64,000 nucleotides of DNA from Acidilobaceae archaeon (GCA_038897215.1 JAWAWX010000001.1:448001-512000), one strand, 5' to 3'; positions 37,463 to 48,060 are shown, counted from the first letter of the stretch. Program-made: numbers and translations. The notes: generated by a model not told the origin, from the sequence alone.

Positions 37463-37930
37463 TCATCCCTCCTCAGCGGCTTTCAGCAGGTCTAGTGGTA
37501 TCGTGACCACTAGGCGGAAGCCTGTCTCGAGTAGCACAACTTCGGCCTCGCTCCTAGTCTTGTATATCTCTACTATGCGTCCCTTCATGCCCTTCCAGGG
37601 GCCTCCGGTTATCTCCACGACCTGCCCTTTCTCGAACTCTACTACCTTAACCTTGGGTATCAGGAAGCTCACTGCCTCCTCTGCCTTCAAAGCTATCGGC
37701 TTCCTGGCTTTAACGTACCGGACTCCTCTGAGGAGAGCTTGGAGAGCTGCGGGGTCTCCGACTTCTACGATCACGTAACCCTTCAGGTCTGCCGGGACTC
37801 CTATGCTTCTCACATCAAGCCCTAATGCTTTAACTCTTTCAGCTAGAATTAGAGCCACGCGCTCCTCCATGCCTCCAAGGACTTGTATCGAGTAAAATCT
37901 CGACTGCTCTCGCGGAGACCCTTGACTCAC
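37463..37930 (-). CDS. spt5: transcription elongation factor Spt5
   Basis: NGN domain (GGMEERVA, KGYVIVE) plus KOW (GQVVEITGGPWKG). Confidence 0.96.
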   Translation of the reverse strand: MSQGSPREQSRFYSIQVLGGMEERVALILAERVKALGLDVRSIGVPADLKGYVIVEVGDPAALQALLRGVRYVKARKPIALKAEEAVSFLIPKVKVVEFEKGQVVEITGGPWKGMKGRIVEIYKTRSEAEVVLLETGFRLVVTIPLDLLKAAEEG

Positions 37931-37936
37931 AGCTCG

Positions 37937-38119
37937 TCACCTCAGCATTATAACTGCGAAGAGCATGTGGATCACGACGCCGATCATCCCTACAAGAGCT
38001 AGCCCTAGCAGTGTAAGCCGTAGGAGGAGCATGTACTCCTCGTCGTCAGGCTTGACTGCTAGAGCCAGTATTCTGGGCCAGGTTTTCACCATCCTCGCGA
38101 GCTTCGACACGAGCCACAC
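37937..38119 (-). CDS. secE: protein translocase SecE/Sec61-gamma
   Basis: RILALAVKPDDEEY plus one TM; adjacent to spt5. Confidence 0.9.
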   Translation of the reverse strand: MWLVSKLARMVKTWPRILALAVKPDDEEYMLLLRLTLLGLALVGMIGVVIHMLFAVIMLR

Positions 38120-38663
38120 TAGCTTCTCCCCCCGCTCTCTTGCGGGAGCTGATTCTTAAAGCTTTACGGAAGCTCTGCGCGAAGCTTCTCGCTTCCTCAA
38201 TGACCCCCCTTATGTTTCTCCAGTGGCTACCCTCCCAGTACACCTTCCCGCATTTAGCGCACTCGTAGAACTCCTCGTAGACCTCAAGCACTCTAGGAGG
38301 AACCCTGCTTCTGACCTCTTCTCTGCCTCTCTTCACGAGAACCCCGTTGCAGTCAGGGCATCTGCTTCTAGAAGGGTCGACGTTCAAGTCGAGCTTGATC
38401 TTTGAGGCAAGCTCCGCTATCTTCTCCACTGTTAGGGTAGACTCTACGAGAACCCCCCGCACGCCTAGCTTCTTGGCTTTAGCGTAGAGCCTCTTGTCTT
38501 TAGTGACTAGCACTCTATCTCCGAGAAGCGCTAGCTCGAGGAGCTGTCTATCCGTGTAGCTTCTAGAGTACACGGTATCATACCCGAGTATTCTCAGCCA
38601 CTTAGCTAGATCTCCGTGCATCGTGTCGACAATGAATCTAGGCTTAGAACTACCCTCATTCAA
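38046..38663 (-). CDS. Mut7-C RNase (PIN-like) domain protein
   Basis: FIVDTMHGDLAKWLRILGYD, SRCPDCNG, CAKCGKVYWEGSH. Confidence 0.92.
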   Translation of the reverse strand: MNEGSSKPRFIVDTMHGDLAKWLRILGYDTVYSRSYTDRQLLELALLGDRVLVTKDKRLYAKAKKLGVRGVLVESTLTVEKIAELASKIKLDLNVDPSRSRCPDCNGVLVKRGREEVRSRVPPRVLEVYEEFYECAKCGKVYWEGSHWRNIRGVIEEARSFAQSFRKALRISSRKRAGGEASVARVEAREDGENLAQNTGSSSQA

Positions 38664-38728
38664 ACCTAAAGCCCTAATATTAATCTCCGAGAGTCTGCGA
38701 GATAATAATACTTAGGGAGAGCGGAGAG

Positions 38729-39691
38729 ATGATCGTGGCTCTAGATGAGAGCAGGATTTCCGAAGCTTCGAGAGTTATCGGCGCGCTCGTTTCATCTATG
38801 GAGGTAGACAGATTCCTCGACTCCTCTCTATACCCTCCTCCTTCAGCTAGCAGGAGGCTCGTAGTTCAGTATTTTCTAGTCATGGTGGCTATGGACCATA
38901 GACTTAGCAGACCTGGCAGACCCTACGAGGGCTATGTTGACGGCAGGCTATACCATGGAGCAGACCTCCTCTACAGACTGGGGTCTATGAGGTTGAGAGA
39001 AGACCCCGGCTTCTTCGAAGCCGAGAGGCTAGCTAGAGTCACAGCTAGAGAGGTGAGAGAGTGGCTCGAGCTCCCTTCGGGGGTAGCCTCGCTCCCAGAC
39101 CCCGATGTCAGAGCCGAGCTTCTAAGAGACCTCGGAGTTAAGCTTCTAAGACTCTACGACGGGGACCCTTTTCTGCTAATCTCTGAGTCTCGAGGATTCC
39201 TGAAGAACCGTGGCTCAGGCTTGATAGAACTACTCAGAGTATTCAAAGCATACAACGACCCTGTCGAGAAGAAAGCATACCTCTTAGCTAAGTTCCTCGA
39301 GAGGAGAGAAGTCGTATCCTTCCTCGACCCTTACAACAAAGAGGTCCCTGTCGACAACCACCTAGTGAGAATAGCTCTAAGACTCGGGCTAGTCGATGTA
39401 GACTCTAGTCTCCTAGAGAAGATAGCCTACGGGGTAGAGTTCAGCGAGAACGAAGACGTGCTGTTGAGACTAGCTACCCGTATATCCTACAGGAAGCTCG
39501 CGATTAGAGCAGGGCTAGATCCCTTCATCTTAGACGACTTCCTCTGGAGCTTTGGGCGAAGTGTCTGTAAGCGCGAAACCCCTGCTTGCAAAGCTGGGAG
39601 AGAGTGCCCTCTCTCATCTATCTGCAAAGCGCGCTCCAACGCTCTCTACATGGTCCCAGAGCACAGATTCCTCGAGACGTGGTGGTATTAG
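38729..39691 (+). CDS. HhH-GPD-like / queuosine-salvage-like N-glycosylase with C-terminal Fe-S cluster motif
   Basis: DPVEKKAYLL, VPVDNHLVRIALRLG, LDDFLWSFGRSVC-x6-C-x5-CPL-x3-C. Confidence 0.7.
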   Translation: MIVALDESRISEASRVIGALVSSMEVDRFLDSSLYPPPSASRRLVVQYFLVMVAMDHRLSRPGRPYEGYVDGRLYHGADLLYRLGSMRLREDPGFFEAERLARVTAREVREWLELPSGVASLPDPDVRAELLRDLGVKLLRLYDGDPFLLISESRGFLKNRGSGLIELLRVFKAYNDPVEKKAYLLAKFLERREVVSFLDPYNKEVPVDNHLVRIALRLGLVDVDSSLLEKIAYGVEFSENEDVLLRLATRISYRKLAIRAGLDPFILDDFLWSFGRSVCKRETPACKAGRECPLSSICKARSNALYMVPEHRFLETWWY

Positions 39692-39702
39692 CTCTAGGAG
39701 AG

Positions 39703-39790
39703 TGGTGCGGGGGGTGGGATTTGAACCCACGCAGGCCTACGCCATCGGGTCCTCAGCCCGACCCCTTTGACCAGGCTCGGGCACCCCCGC
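39703..39790 (-). tRNA. tRNA-Leu(GAG)
   Basis: GCGGGGG acceptor, TCGGG-CTGAGGA-CCCGA, long variable arm, CCA encoded. Confidence 0.96.
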
Positions 39791-39861
39791 GCCGTAGACC
39801 TACGGTAGCTCGCTGAGCCAAATAAGGTTTCAGGCTTTCTCGAGCTAGGAGGTGGCGCTCC

Positions 39862-40233
39862 GTGGAGGCTTTCGACTCTAAGGCTCTGGCTGTCAAGGTC
39901 TCTAGCTTAAACGATCTCGCTCGCTTCGCGTCGTCTATGACTCCCGCTATGATCGTGATGCCAGTGTATAGATTCAAGAAGGGCGGGAGAGTCTACTACT
40001 TCCTCCAGACTGTCTACAAGGATTTCTATAAGTACTACGGGGTCCCAGTGATCTACTATTACTCGAGCGACGACGACGGGCTAGACGCGGATAAAGCGAG
40101 ATTCCTCTTATTTAAGGTTGATGAGGAGGGAGAGAAGCTAGAGATCTCGAGTAGAACCAAGCCCGGCTGGATAACAGTGCCCATAGTGAACCTAGAGGAG
40201 AAGCCTGGATTCATTCCCGACGAGCTTCTCTAA
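39862..40233 (+). CDS. conserved crenarchaeal hypothetical protein
   Basis: VKVSSLNDLAR, YYGVPVIYY, PIVNLEEKP; GGAGGTG RBS. Confidence 0.75.
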   Translation: MEAFDSKALAVKVSSLNDLARFASSMTPAMIVMPVYRFKKGGRVYYFLQTVYKDFYKYYGVPVIYYYSSDDDGLDADKARFLLFKVDEEGEKLEISSRTKPGWITVPIVNLEEKPGFIPDELL

Positions 40234-40393
40234 ACGGAGAGCTCAACTCCCGGATTCCTCTTCACCTACTCAGCAAAGTTAAGCTCTATCATCGCTCTTG
40301 CTCGCTCGGGTAACCGCTCCTAGTGGTGTTGATATAGCGGGGCTTAAAGATTATTTATTAGGGAGTTCTTCCTTCTCTGTCCTGGTGTAGTCG

Positions 40394-41068
40394 TTGCCTC
40401 CGCTAATTCCCGAGAATCTCGTAGCTGAGGCTCTAATCACTGCTGTTCTCGCTGTCTACGTGCTCTCCGTGATTGCTCTCACCAAGCCTCTGTACGATGT
40501 TCTGGTATCGAGAAACATGACTCCAATCAGAGCTAAGTACTTCAACAGGAAGATAATCCACATAGCTGCAGGAGGAGTTGTAGCGCTTCTCGTTCCATTC
40601 ATCTACTCTACTCCCCTCCTGCCTTTCCTGGCATCGCTAGCTATCACTGCTCTCCTCGCCTCCGCTAGGCGCTTCAGGCTACTCGACTGGTTCCAGGTTC
40701 CGGATAACCACTATGAGGTCAACTTCACGGTCATGTGGGGCTTGAGCATCCTAGTGTTATGGCTAGCTCTAGGGAGCCCATATCTAGCTGTTCTCCCCGC
40801 ATTGTATATGTCGTTTGGAGACGGCGTGACAGGAATAGTCAGGAACATAGTCGTGAAGACTAGGTCTAAGCACTGGTCCGGGAATCTAGCAATGGCTCTA
40901 GTCTCCGTTCCTCTCGGCTTCCTCTACGGTGGGCTCGTGGGCGTGGTCTCAGCTATAGTGGCTAGTGTCGTTGAGAGGTTCGAGTTCAACCCGGTTGACG
41001 ACAACGTCTTGGTGCCTCTTTCCTCGATGGCGGTTATTCTAGTCTTGGCGCCAGCGTTAGTCATGTAG
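40394..41068 (+). CDS. dolichol/phytol kinase family (CTP-dependent) membrane protein
   Basis: RKIIHIAAGG, MSFGDGVTG, KHWSGN, DDNVLVP. Confidence 0.88.
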   Translation: MPPLIPENLVAEALITAVLAVYVLSVIALTKPLYDVLVSRNMTPIRAKYFNRKIIHIAAGGVVALLVPFIYSTPLLPFLASLAITALLASARRFRLLDWFQVPDNHYEVNFTVMWGLSILVLWLALGSPYLAVLPALYMSFGDGVTGIVRNIVVKTRSKHWSGNLAMALVSVPLGFLYGGLVGVVSAIVASVVERFEFNPVDDNVLVPLSSMAVILVLAPALVM

Positions 41069-42239
41069 CGTGGATCTCTAGCACGTCTCCGTCTTCTAGC
41101 ACGTGGTGGGGGCCGACTTTCTGCCCGGGGTACTTAGCGCTAGGCCCCCAGATTCTTGCATACTTGAAGTTCTTAGCTAGCCTCTCGTGTATCATCTCAG
41201 CCACCTCGATCACCGTGGTTCCCCGCTTGACTACGAGAGGCTGAGGGGAGGGCTCGCTCCCGGGTGTCTTAGTTCTAACTCTTATCAAGCCGAGCTTCTC
41301 GAAGAGTGTTTTACCGACTAGCTCTAGATTTAGTCTAGATACTGTGGAGACAGGGATTACCTCGACGTCGCTGGGGACTACTCTCCTAGCTTCACTCAGC
41401 ATGTTCTCCTCTCTCGCTAAGTCTGCTTTATTGAGTAAAACTATTGCTGGCTTGTAGACTCTAGAAGCTAGGATCGAGGACTCGACATCATCTAGAGTGA
41501 CGTCTCCATGGATCTCTACTATTGCATTATATATCCTGTACTCTGCTAGGAGCTTCTTCAACTCGTCCTCAGTAGCACCCATGAGTCTTCCGCTACCGCT
41601 AAGCCTTACTCCGCTAGCATCTCTAGTCTTAACGATTCTCACTACTCCCTTCTGCTTAGTCACAATTATCCCCCGGTCTTCTAGTAGCTCAACGATTCGC
41701 TTGAGAGTCGCCGGAAGCCTGGGGTCATCGAAGCTCACTACTACCGCGATAGCGTCGCTATTCCTAGCGAGACCGAGAACTCTATTGTTGATACTGCTAT
41801 CCGGGTCGTCTAGCATCAAGGGTGGAGTGTCTACTAGCTGTATCTGAGCACCCTCGTAGACAAGCATCCCGGCTTGAGGAGCCTTCGTGGTGAAGGGGTA
41901 TGGAGCGATCTCCGGCTTAGCATCCGTTAGAGATGCTAGAACACTACTCTTACCCGAGTTGGGAGGTCCTATTAGCACTACCTGGGCTGCTCCACTCTTC
42001 TCCACGAAGAACTGTGGGCCTCCTCCTCTACTACTCGCTCTCTTCCTCTTCTCTAGCTCTAGCTCCTCCCTCAAGTCTGCTAGCCGTCGCCTAGCCCACT
42101 CTAGGAGATTCTCTGTCCCCTTGTGCTTGGGGACGCTGCCTATGAACTCCTCGAGTGCTCTGATTTTATCCTCTAAGCTCTTGGCTTCAGTGTATCTAGC
42201 TAGCTTAGCTCTAGCTTCTGGAGGTAGATTAGCTGGCAT
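41061..42239 (-). CDS. DRG/Rbg family GTPase with TGS domain
   Basis: MPANLPPEA start, PKHKGTE, GPPNSGKS, YPFTT, DTPP, NKAD, TGS C-terminus. Confidence 0.95.
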   Translation of the reverse strand: MPANLPPEARAKLARYTEAKSLEDKIRALEEFIGSVPKHKGTENLLEWARRRLADLREELELEKRKRASSRGGGPQFFVEKSGAAQVVLIGPPNSGKSSVLASLTDAKPEIAPYPFTTKAPQAGMLVYEGAQIQLVDTPPLMLDDPDSSINNRVLGLARNSDAIAVVVSFDDPRLPATLKRIVELLEDRGIIVTKQKGVVRIVKTRDASGVRLSGSGRLMGATEDELKKLLAEYRIYNAIVEIHGDVTLDDVESSILASRVYKPAIVLLNKADLAREENMLSEARRVVPSDVEVIPVSTVSRLNLELVGKTLFEKLGLIRVRTKTPGSEPSPQPLVVKRGTTVIEVAEMIHERLAKNFKYARIWGPSAKYPGQKVGPHHVLEDGDVLEIHAT

Positions 42240-42312
42240 GGCTGTCTCCCGATAGACCGCTGTCCAAGAGGCTCTACTATCATCATGACTCTTAAAGCTT
42301 ACTCCTCGAGCT

Positions 42313-43368
42313 TTGGAGGAAGTCATTCTATCGATCGATTCGCGGAAAACTTTTTTACTTAGCAAGGAGTCGAACAGTGCAGGAGAAGAGGTTTTGGGAA
42401 AACACTCCAAGAACTCTCAAGACCATTCTCGCAGAGAAGTCGCGCGCCGTGTTCAGAGATTAGGGAGCACGAGTCTCGTAGTGACTTTACCAAAAGCCTG
42501 GACAACGAGATTTGACATCAGGCCAGGAGATAAGCTAATCGTGATAGATGATGGATATCAGCTCCGAGTTCTCCCACCCAGAGACTCTCGCAGGGACCCG
42601 TTTCGTCTAGTGTTGAGACACGGTATAAGCTCTAGTATCTCCTTAGGTGTCCTCCTATGTCTCTACGTAAGAGGTTTCAACACTGTGACTCTAACGAGCA
42701 TTAAGAGTGAGAATGCTCCCTCCGATTTCAGCGAGATTAGAATAGAGGAAACCATGAACCTCTTCGTAAAGGAGCTTCGACGAACACACGAAGGGTATAC
42801 TTTCGTCTTCGAAGACGAGAGGAGTGAGAATATCCGTAGCTTGATCAGAGTCTACTTGTCAAAACTGCACTCTATTCTCGAAAAGATAGAGTCTAACAAG
42901 CATCCAGATGAAGCATTCCTAGAGGAGACTCAAGAAGAATTAGATAGGTTACGTGTCATAGCAATGAGAGCAAGTAGAGCTAGACTTTTTGACCCCGATG
43001 GGGGAAAACTTTGTGAAAACCTCCCGTTCACGCTGAATCAGATAGCGTTTATGATCAAGAGAGTAGTGGAAGCCTCTATCAGGGATAGCGGTAGCTGGAG
43101 AGTTCTCTCGGCTACCTCAAGTAAGCTCAAGCCTATAATAATGGAGCTCTTGAGCGGACTTCTCTACCCGAGTTGGAGAAGGCTGGAGACAGGCTATGAG
43201 CTACTCCGAGAGCTGAGAAGAGAGCTAGAGTTAGGAAGCCCTATATCGCGAAAGGAAGAGCGAGTAATGGGGAGAATCGAAGCGATCCTAGACCTACTAG
43301 ACCTCCTAGTAGAGTTATGCGCCTGTAACATCATACTATCGAGCGTAATGAATAACAACAAGCATTAG
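42313..43368 (+). CDS. AbrB/MazE-domain regulator with PhoU-like helical region
   Basis: RRVQRLGSTSLVVTLPKAW..GD AbrB motif; start may be the TTG near 42394. Confidence 0.8.
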   Translation: MEEVILSIDSRKTFLLSKESNSAGEEVLGKHSKNSQDHSRREVARRVQRLGSTSLVVTLPKAWTTRFDIRPGDKLIVIDDGYQLRVLPPRDSRRDPFRLVLRHGISSSISLGVLLCLYVRGFNTVTLTSIKSENAPSDFSEIRIEETMNLFVKELRRTHEGYTFVFEDERSENIRSLIRVYLSKLHSILEKIESNKHPDEAFLEETQEELDRLRVIAMRASRARLFDPDGGKLCENLPFTLNQIAFMIKRVVEASIRDSGSWRVLSATSSKLKPIIMELLSGLLYPSWRRLETGYELLRELRRELELGSPISRKEERVMGRIEAILDLLDLLVELCACNIILSSVMNNNKH

Positions 43369-43815
43369 CGAATGAAACTTGGAAACGGCGGTAGAGCGAG
43401 GAAAAGCCTCTCTATTTATGCATATAGCGGCTTAGGAGCCTGCCTATAAATCGAGAAAGAGTCATTCTCGACCACGCGTACGCAGTCAAGGCGCAACTCA
43501 AGGTCTTCTAGGAGAACTCTAAGGAAGCCTGTGAGAGTAGGGGAGTCCTGGAGGGCATTACTGTTTTTCGGTAACCTCAAGGATTACAGGCTTAGGCTTA
43601 CTCAACGCGATGAGTACAGTCCCGATCGGTACTAAGACGCTGTGAGAGCGTGAGGCTTCACGTGTCGGGCTTGAGGAAGGCGCGAGATAGCTAGTAGCTA
43701 CTCGCGGATAACGGGTAGTAGCGTTACTAGCTCTAGGAGAGCTGGGGGAGACGTGGAGCGAGAGCTGGGATCAAAGCTTAAGACTTTTAGGAAGGAGATA
43801 GGTCTCCCTATAAGG

Positions 43816-43892
<77 letters not shown>

Positions 43893-44002
43893 GTTTGTTG
43901 ATCACCTACTCTCAGCTCATCGAGGCTCTCTCTTTCCCGCCACGCTAGAGCTGTTATAGCGCGAGCTATGCGTTTAGGAGCAGAGAGCTTGCTGGAGATA
44001 GG

Positions 44003-44272
44003 CTAGGGCCACTCCTTTTTCTCTATGACGCTCTTCATGTAGGGCGCTGTGCCCGAGGAGGGAGTGTAGGCTCCGCCCGCCCATCTGCTACCACACTTCC
44101 TGCATACCCAGATGCCTACAGATACTCTCCGCACTGAGCCCTGCTTCCCGCAGAAGGGGCATGTGTGTGGTGACCTCAGCTTTACTAGTATGTCTCTCAC
44201 TCTCCTCCTAACGCTTAACCCGTATCTTGCTCCATAGCTTCCTGCTGGACCAACTACCTTGGTTCTCCCCAT
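44003..44272 (-). CDS. rpl37ae: 50S ribosomal protein L37ae
   Basis: GARYG, CPFC..CRKC, AGGAYTP. Confidence 0.96.
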   Translation of the reverse strand: MGRTKVVGPAGSYGARYGLSVRRRVRDILVKLRSPHTCPFCGKQGSVRRVSVGIWVCRKCGSRWAGGAYTPSSGTAPYMKSVIEKKEWP

Positions 44273-44276
44273 GCCT

Positions 44277-45113
44277 CTACCCTCCTCCGCGGAGAGCTGA
44301 CTCGAGAGCCTTAAAGTACTCTCCCGAAGCTCTCTTAGCTAGGCTGATTGCTGCTACTAGCTCTGATTGAGTGAGACCCCCGCTTCCTGTTTTCTGGAGC
44401 CCTACTATGTTTTGGTCTTTGTCTAGCGATACGACTAGCCTGTAGTCTGATATTATCTCTTCCTCGAAGTTGGGGTCGACTACGAGGTAGTCTGCTATCT
44501 TGGCTACCGTGACTGAGACCACGAGTTTATTCAAGTTCACTCTATCCCCTTGTCTCGTCCTATCTAGTATTATGTCTCCTGTCTCGCTCTCCTCGATGAA
44601 GGGGAGCCTCGTCGTGGCTAGTGCTGCCACAGTTGCTAGCATGCTTGCATCGAAGATGTTACCGTCGTGACTAAGCACATACACATCTACCCAGAGAATC
44701 CAGGCTTTCTCGCCTGTTCTTATCGAGAGAGACTTGAGGTCGATAGCTCTAGGCTCTCTAAGGCTCCTATCGACTACCCTAGATACCTCGATCGCGTTCT
44801 CGTCCGGTGGTCCTGGCTCACTAACAGGGGAGGCTATGGGGACTGTCTCGACGTTTACGATTATCGCTCCCTCGTCGGGCGTGTCTTTAAAAGGACTCCC
44901 TATCTCGGCCTTGACTCCAGCTAGAACCTCTGTGTTCCCGAGTCTTACTAGAGCCGAGCCTTCCGCTTTCTCTATGACTCCCGTCTTGATCTCTACTGTT
45001 CTTGGTGAAGCGAGACTCCTGCCGTCAGGCCTTAGGCCTCTCTCGTAGAAGCTCAGGTATGTCCTAATCTTCAAGCTGGGGACTACGGGTACTCTGAATG
45101 GTGTTATGCTCAA
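44277..45113 (-). CDS. rrp42: exosome complex subunit Rrp42
   Basis: RPDGR, AEGSALVRLG, PGPPDENAIE, HDGN. Confidence 0.96.
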   Translation of the reverse strand: MSITPFRVPVVPSLKIRTYLSFYERGLRPDGRSLASPRTVEIKTGVIEKAEGSALVRLGNTEVLAGVKAEIGSPFKDTPDEGAIIVNVETVPIASPVSEPGPPDENAIEVSRVVDRSLREPRAIDLKSLSIRTGEKAWILWVDVYVLSHDGNIFDASMLATVAALATTRLPFIEESETGDIILDRTRQGDRVNLNKLVVSVTVAKIADYLVVDPNFEEEIISDYRLVVSLDKDQNIVGLQKTGSGGLTQSELVAAISLAKRASGEYFKALESALRGGG

Positions 45114-45117
45114 AGAG

Positions 45118-45846
45118 CTACACCTCCGAGGCTACTGCTTCATACTTTCTTCTCAAAGCCTCTTTCTCCATCTCGACCAGGTTCTTGATAGCATTGAGAG
45201 CCATAGATAAGCCTTTATCGAGTTCTTCTTCTGTGAGTACTCCGTTTAGCTGGAGAAGTGTTATCAAGCCGATATCTGGCGCTGCTGCTACGGGAAGGTC
45301 TGCCTGACCGCCTGAGTCCTCGACTTCGTCTATGTCTAGCACTAGAACCCCCTCGATCTTGCCCACAGCTACGCCAGCTATAAGAGCTCTCATCGGGATA
45401 CCGGCATCAGCTAGAGCTAGAGAGGCTGCTGTAACGCCGGCCGTTCTAGTACCCCCGTCTGCTTGAAGTACTTCTACGAAGACGTCTATGACTGTTCTCG
45501 GGTACTCAGTGAGCAGAATGACTGGCTCTAGAGCTTCTCTCACGACCTTCGAGAGCTCTATCTCCCTCCTTGTGAGCACAGGGCTCTTTCTCTCAGCTGT
45601 AGAGAAGGGAGCCATGTGGTATCTGACTCTGAGAACCGCTCGGTCCGGTAGAATCATAAACCGTTGCACGGGCTCTCTAGGCCCGTAGACAGCCGCTACC
45701 ACCTTAGTCTTACCGTACTCCACTATAGCCGAGCCGTCCGCGTTAGGGATCACTCCAACCTGCATCTTTACTGGACGCATCTCCTCTGGTCTTCTCCCAT
45801 CGTGTCTCAGCCCTCGCTCATCTATGAGTCTAACCCTAGTCTTCAT
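45118..45846 (-). CDS. rrp41: exosome complex exonuclease Rrp41
   Basis: [33 protein letters not shown]. Confidence 0.97.
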   Translation of the reverse strand: MKTRVRLIDERGLRHDGRRPEEMRPVKMQVGVIPNADGSAIVEYGKTKVVAAVYGPREPVQRFMILPDRAVLRVRYHMAPFSTAERKSPVLTRREIELSKVVREALEPVILLTEYPRTVIDVFVEVLQADGGTRTAGVTAASLALADAGIPMRALIAGVAVGKIEGVLVLDIDEVEDSGGQADLPVAAAPDIGLITLLQLNGVLTEEELDKGLSMALNAIKNLVEMEKEALRRKYEAVASEV

Positions 45847-46538
45847 AACCCTCGAGCCCTCCTCTCCTCCTCTATCATCTTAGCTATTCTCTCCGTCAGC
45901 CCTGTTGTGTGAGCTTCTCTCTCTATGTATTTTATGGCTGTAATAGCTACTATCTCGTGAGCTACACTAGGGCACTCGATGTGGACTCTCCCGTTGACCG
46001 CTGGGAATATCTTGCACTCCGTCTTCTCCTCGAGTATCGAGAGCATGCTTCTCTTCTTACCGATTACCCTCGGGATTTTATTATGCTGGATCTCGATGAC
46101 TACCCCGCTCGCGATCTTCCCCAAGCCCTCTCCCTGGACTGTTAAGGTGGGTTGGCGAGTCTTATCGAAGAGCTGGACTCTAGCTCTCACATAGTCTCCA
46201 GGCTTTAGTAGCTTGAGTAGATCGTCTGAGGCTGGATTGGGAGGTCTCCCCAACACGTCTTGAGCTAGGAGTATGGCTGTGTAAGGCGAGTTAATGTCTA
46301 TCTGCCAGTATGTGAGGCTAAAGGATTCTACGAGACCTATGACTATGTCTCCCGGCTCCGGGATATAGACGGATTTGAGGGGAACGAAGCCTACCTCTCC
46401 TCCCTCTCGCTCAACTAGAATACCTGGGATAGTCGCGATCTTGCTTCTAGCTAGCTGGATCACATAGGGGGGTCTAGCTTGAGTGCGCGGGTCGACCTCG
46501 TCTCCAGGTAGCACGATTCTACCGTATAGCTTGCTCAA
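45843..46538 (-). CDS. rrp4: exosome RNA-binding subunit Rrp4
   Basis: S1 domain ([11 protein letters not shown]) plus KH (IPRVIGKK), EAHTTGLT. Confidence 0.95.
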   Translation of the reverse strand: MSKLYGRIVLPGDEVDPRTQARPPYVIQLARSKIATIPGILVEREGGEVGFVPLKSVYIPEPGDIVIGLVESFSLTYWQIDINSPYTAILLAQDVLGRPPNPASDDLLKLLKPGDYVRARVQLFDKTRQPTLTVQGEGLGKIASGVVIEIQHNKIPRVIGKKRSMLSILEEKTECKIFPAVNGRVHIECPSVAHEIVAITAIKYIEREAHTTGLTERIAKMIEEERRARGL

Positions 46539-46540
46539 GA

Positions 46541-47242
46541 CTAGGCTACCACCTTCACGTTTACTGAAGCCTTCCCCTTAGCTATGCTCTGAATCTTGTT
46601 GATCACCTCTAGCTGCATTCCAGCCGGGATCTCTAGCTCTAGCTTGACGCCCCCGCTACTGAGCCACTCGAGCTTCTTAACCTGCCCGAGTCTCTTAGCC
46701 TCACTGGCCACTCTGCTCGCTACATCAGGAGGGACTTCGACCTCCAAGAGAGCCTTGGCTATCTTTATCGGTATAGCCTTAGAGAGCTTAGACACTATCT
46801 CCAGAGCTTGGCTCTCAACATCTCTATATAGGTCTACGCCGATACCAAGCTCCTCCATCAGAGACTCTATCCTACTCTCGGGAATGGGGAGCTTGGACCT
46901 AGGGTCTATGGCGTTTCTCGCTATGAATGCTACTATCTTCTTCCTCTTAGCTTCAATGAGCCTCCTCCTCTCCTCCTCGGTCAGCTGAATCATCCCCTCT
47001 TTTAGGATCCTCTCTGCTATAGCTCTCACGTCTTCAGTCCCGAAGGCTTTGCGTAGAGATTCGGGGCTCGCCTTTAAGCCTTTTCTGCTATCCTTGAAGA
47101 CAGTGTCTGTCCAGAGAATCTCGTTTACGTCTACCTTCTCTCCTTCTCTAAACCTAAACGCTAACTCCGGCTTCACCAGTATCTCGAATCTCTCCCCTCT
47201 GACCTCCATCCAGGCTATGACAAAGCTCTGTTTTTTCGACAT
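46541..47242 (-). CDS. ribosome maturation factor SBDS/Sdo1
   Basis: GERFEILV, KAFGT, IDPRSKLPIP..RIE, IPAG; ATG at 47242. Confidence 0.95.
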   Translation of the reverse strand: MSKKQSFVIAWMEVRGERFEILVKPELAFRFREGEKVDVNEILWTDTVFKDSRKGLKASPESLRKAFGTEDVRAIAERILKEGMIQLTEEERRRLIEAKRKKIVAFIARNAIDPRSKLPIPESRIESLMEELGIGVDLYRDVESQALEIVSKLSKAIPIKIAKALLEVEVPPDVASRVASEAKRLGQVKKLEWLSSGGVKLELEIPAGMQLEVINKIQSIAKGKASVNVKVVA

Positions 47243-47280
47243 CGAGGACACCGTGCTGTCATACTTCTGCGATAGTATCC

Positions 47281-48060
47281 TCACTTAGATTCGAGTAGCT
47301 GGCTTCTCATCTTGCCTATAAGGTCTTTGAGTTCCTCTACTGAGAGTTTTCTAAACCTTCTAGTCTTGACGTCTATATAGCCGACTTCTACTAGCTGATG
47401 GAATTCCTCGATGAGCACCTCTTTGCGCTCTTCTCCTGTGGCTATCCTACTCTTGAAGAGTGCTTCTATCACTATTCTAATCATTTCATCGATGGTCAAG
47501 TCTTCTCTGTATATCTTCTCGAAGAAGCTGTTCACATATGCATCTCCGGAGCCTATGGCTACAGCGTTATAGCTGAAGTACTGACCTCCAGGGTCTGTTC
47601 TAAAAAGCCTAACTGACCCGTCTGGGTTGACTCCTCCGAATAGGAGAGCGACTCCGAAGGGTCTCACTCCGCCGTGCTGCGTGTATGCCTGCTTTATGTC
47701 GGCTATGTATTTAGCGAGAAGGTCTACTGTAGCTTCCTCGCCGTATATTAGTCTATGTCTGAGAGCTAGCTGGCGAGCCACGTCTATGAGTATCCTGCCG
47801 TCGCTACCCATTCCTGCGAACGCTACAGCTATGTGGTCGTCTATCTTGTATATCTTCTCAATGTTGACAATATCTAGTAACGGTGAGATCTTCCTCTTCT
47901 CAGCACCCAGCACTACTCCGTGAATACTCCTGATGCCTACACTCGTCCACCCCTTCTTTACGGCCTCGAAGGCGTACCTTACTTGATAGAGGTCTCCCTC
48001 AGGGGAGAATATCGTGGTAGCTCTATCGTAAGCCATTGCCTGAGGGGTTGGAAAGACCAT
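47281..48060 (-). CDS. psmA: proteasome alpha subunit
   Basis: YDRATTIFSPEGDLYQVRYA, GGVRPFGV, TDPGG. Confidence 0.97.
   Translation of the reverse strand: MVFPTPQAMAYDRATTIFSPEGDLYQVRYAFEAVKKGWTSVGIRSIHGVVLGAEKRKISPLLDIVNIEKIYKIDDHIAVAFAGMGSDGRILIDVARQLALRHRLIYGEEATVDLLAKYIADIKQAYTQHGGVRPFGVALLFGGVNPDGSVRLFRTDPGGQYFSYNAVAIGSGDAYVNSFFEKIYREDLTIDEMIRIVIEALFKSRIATGEERKEVLIEEFHQLVEVGYIDVKTRRFRKLSVEELKDLIGKMRSQLLESK

Noticed and set aside
42240-42410. N-terminal extension of the DRG GTPase in the ORF track
   Set aside because: The family starts at MPANLPPEA (42239); the extension overlaps the promoter and the divergent gene.
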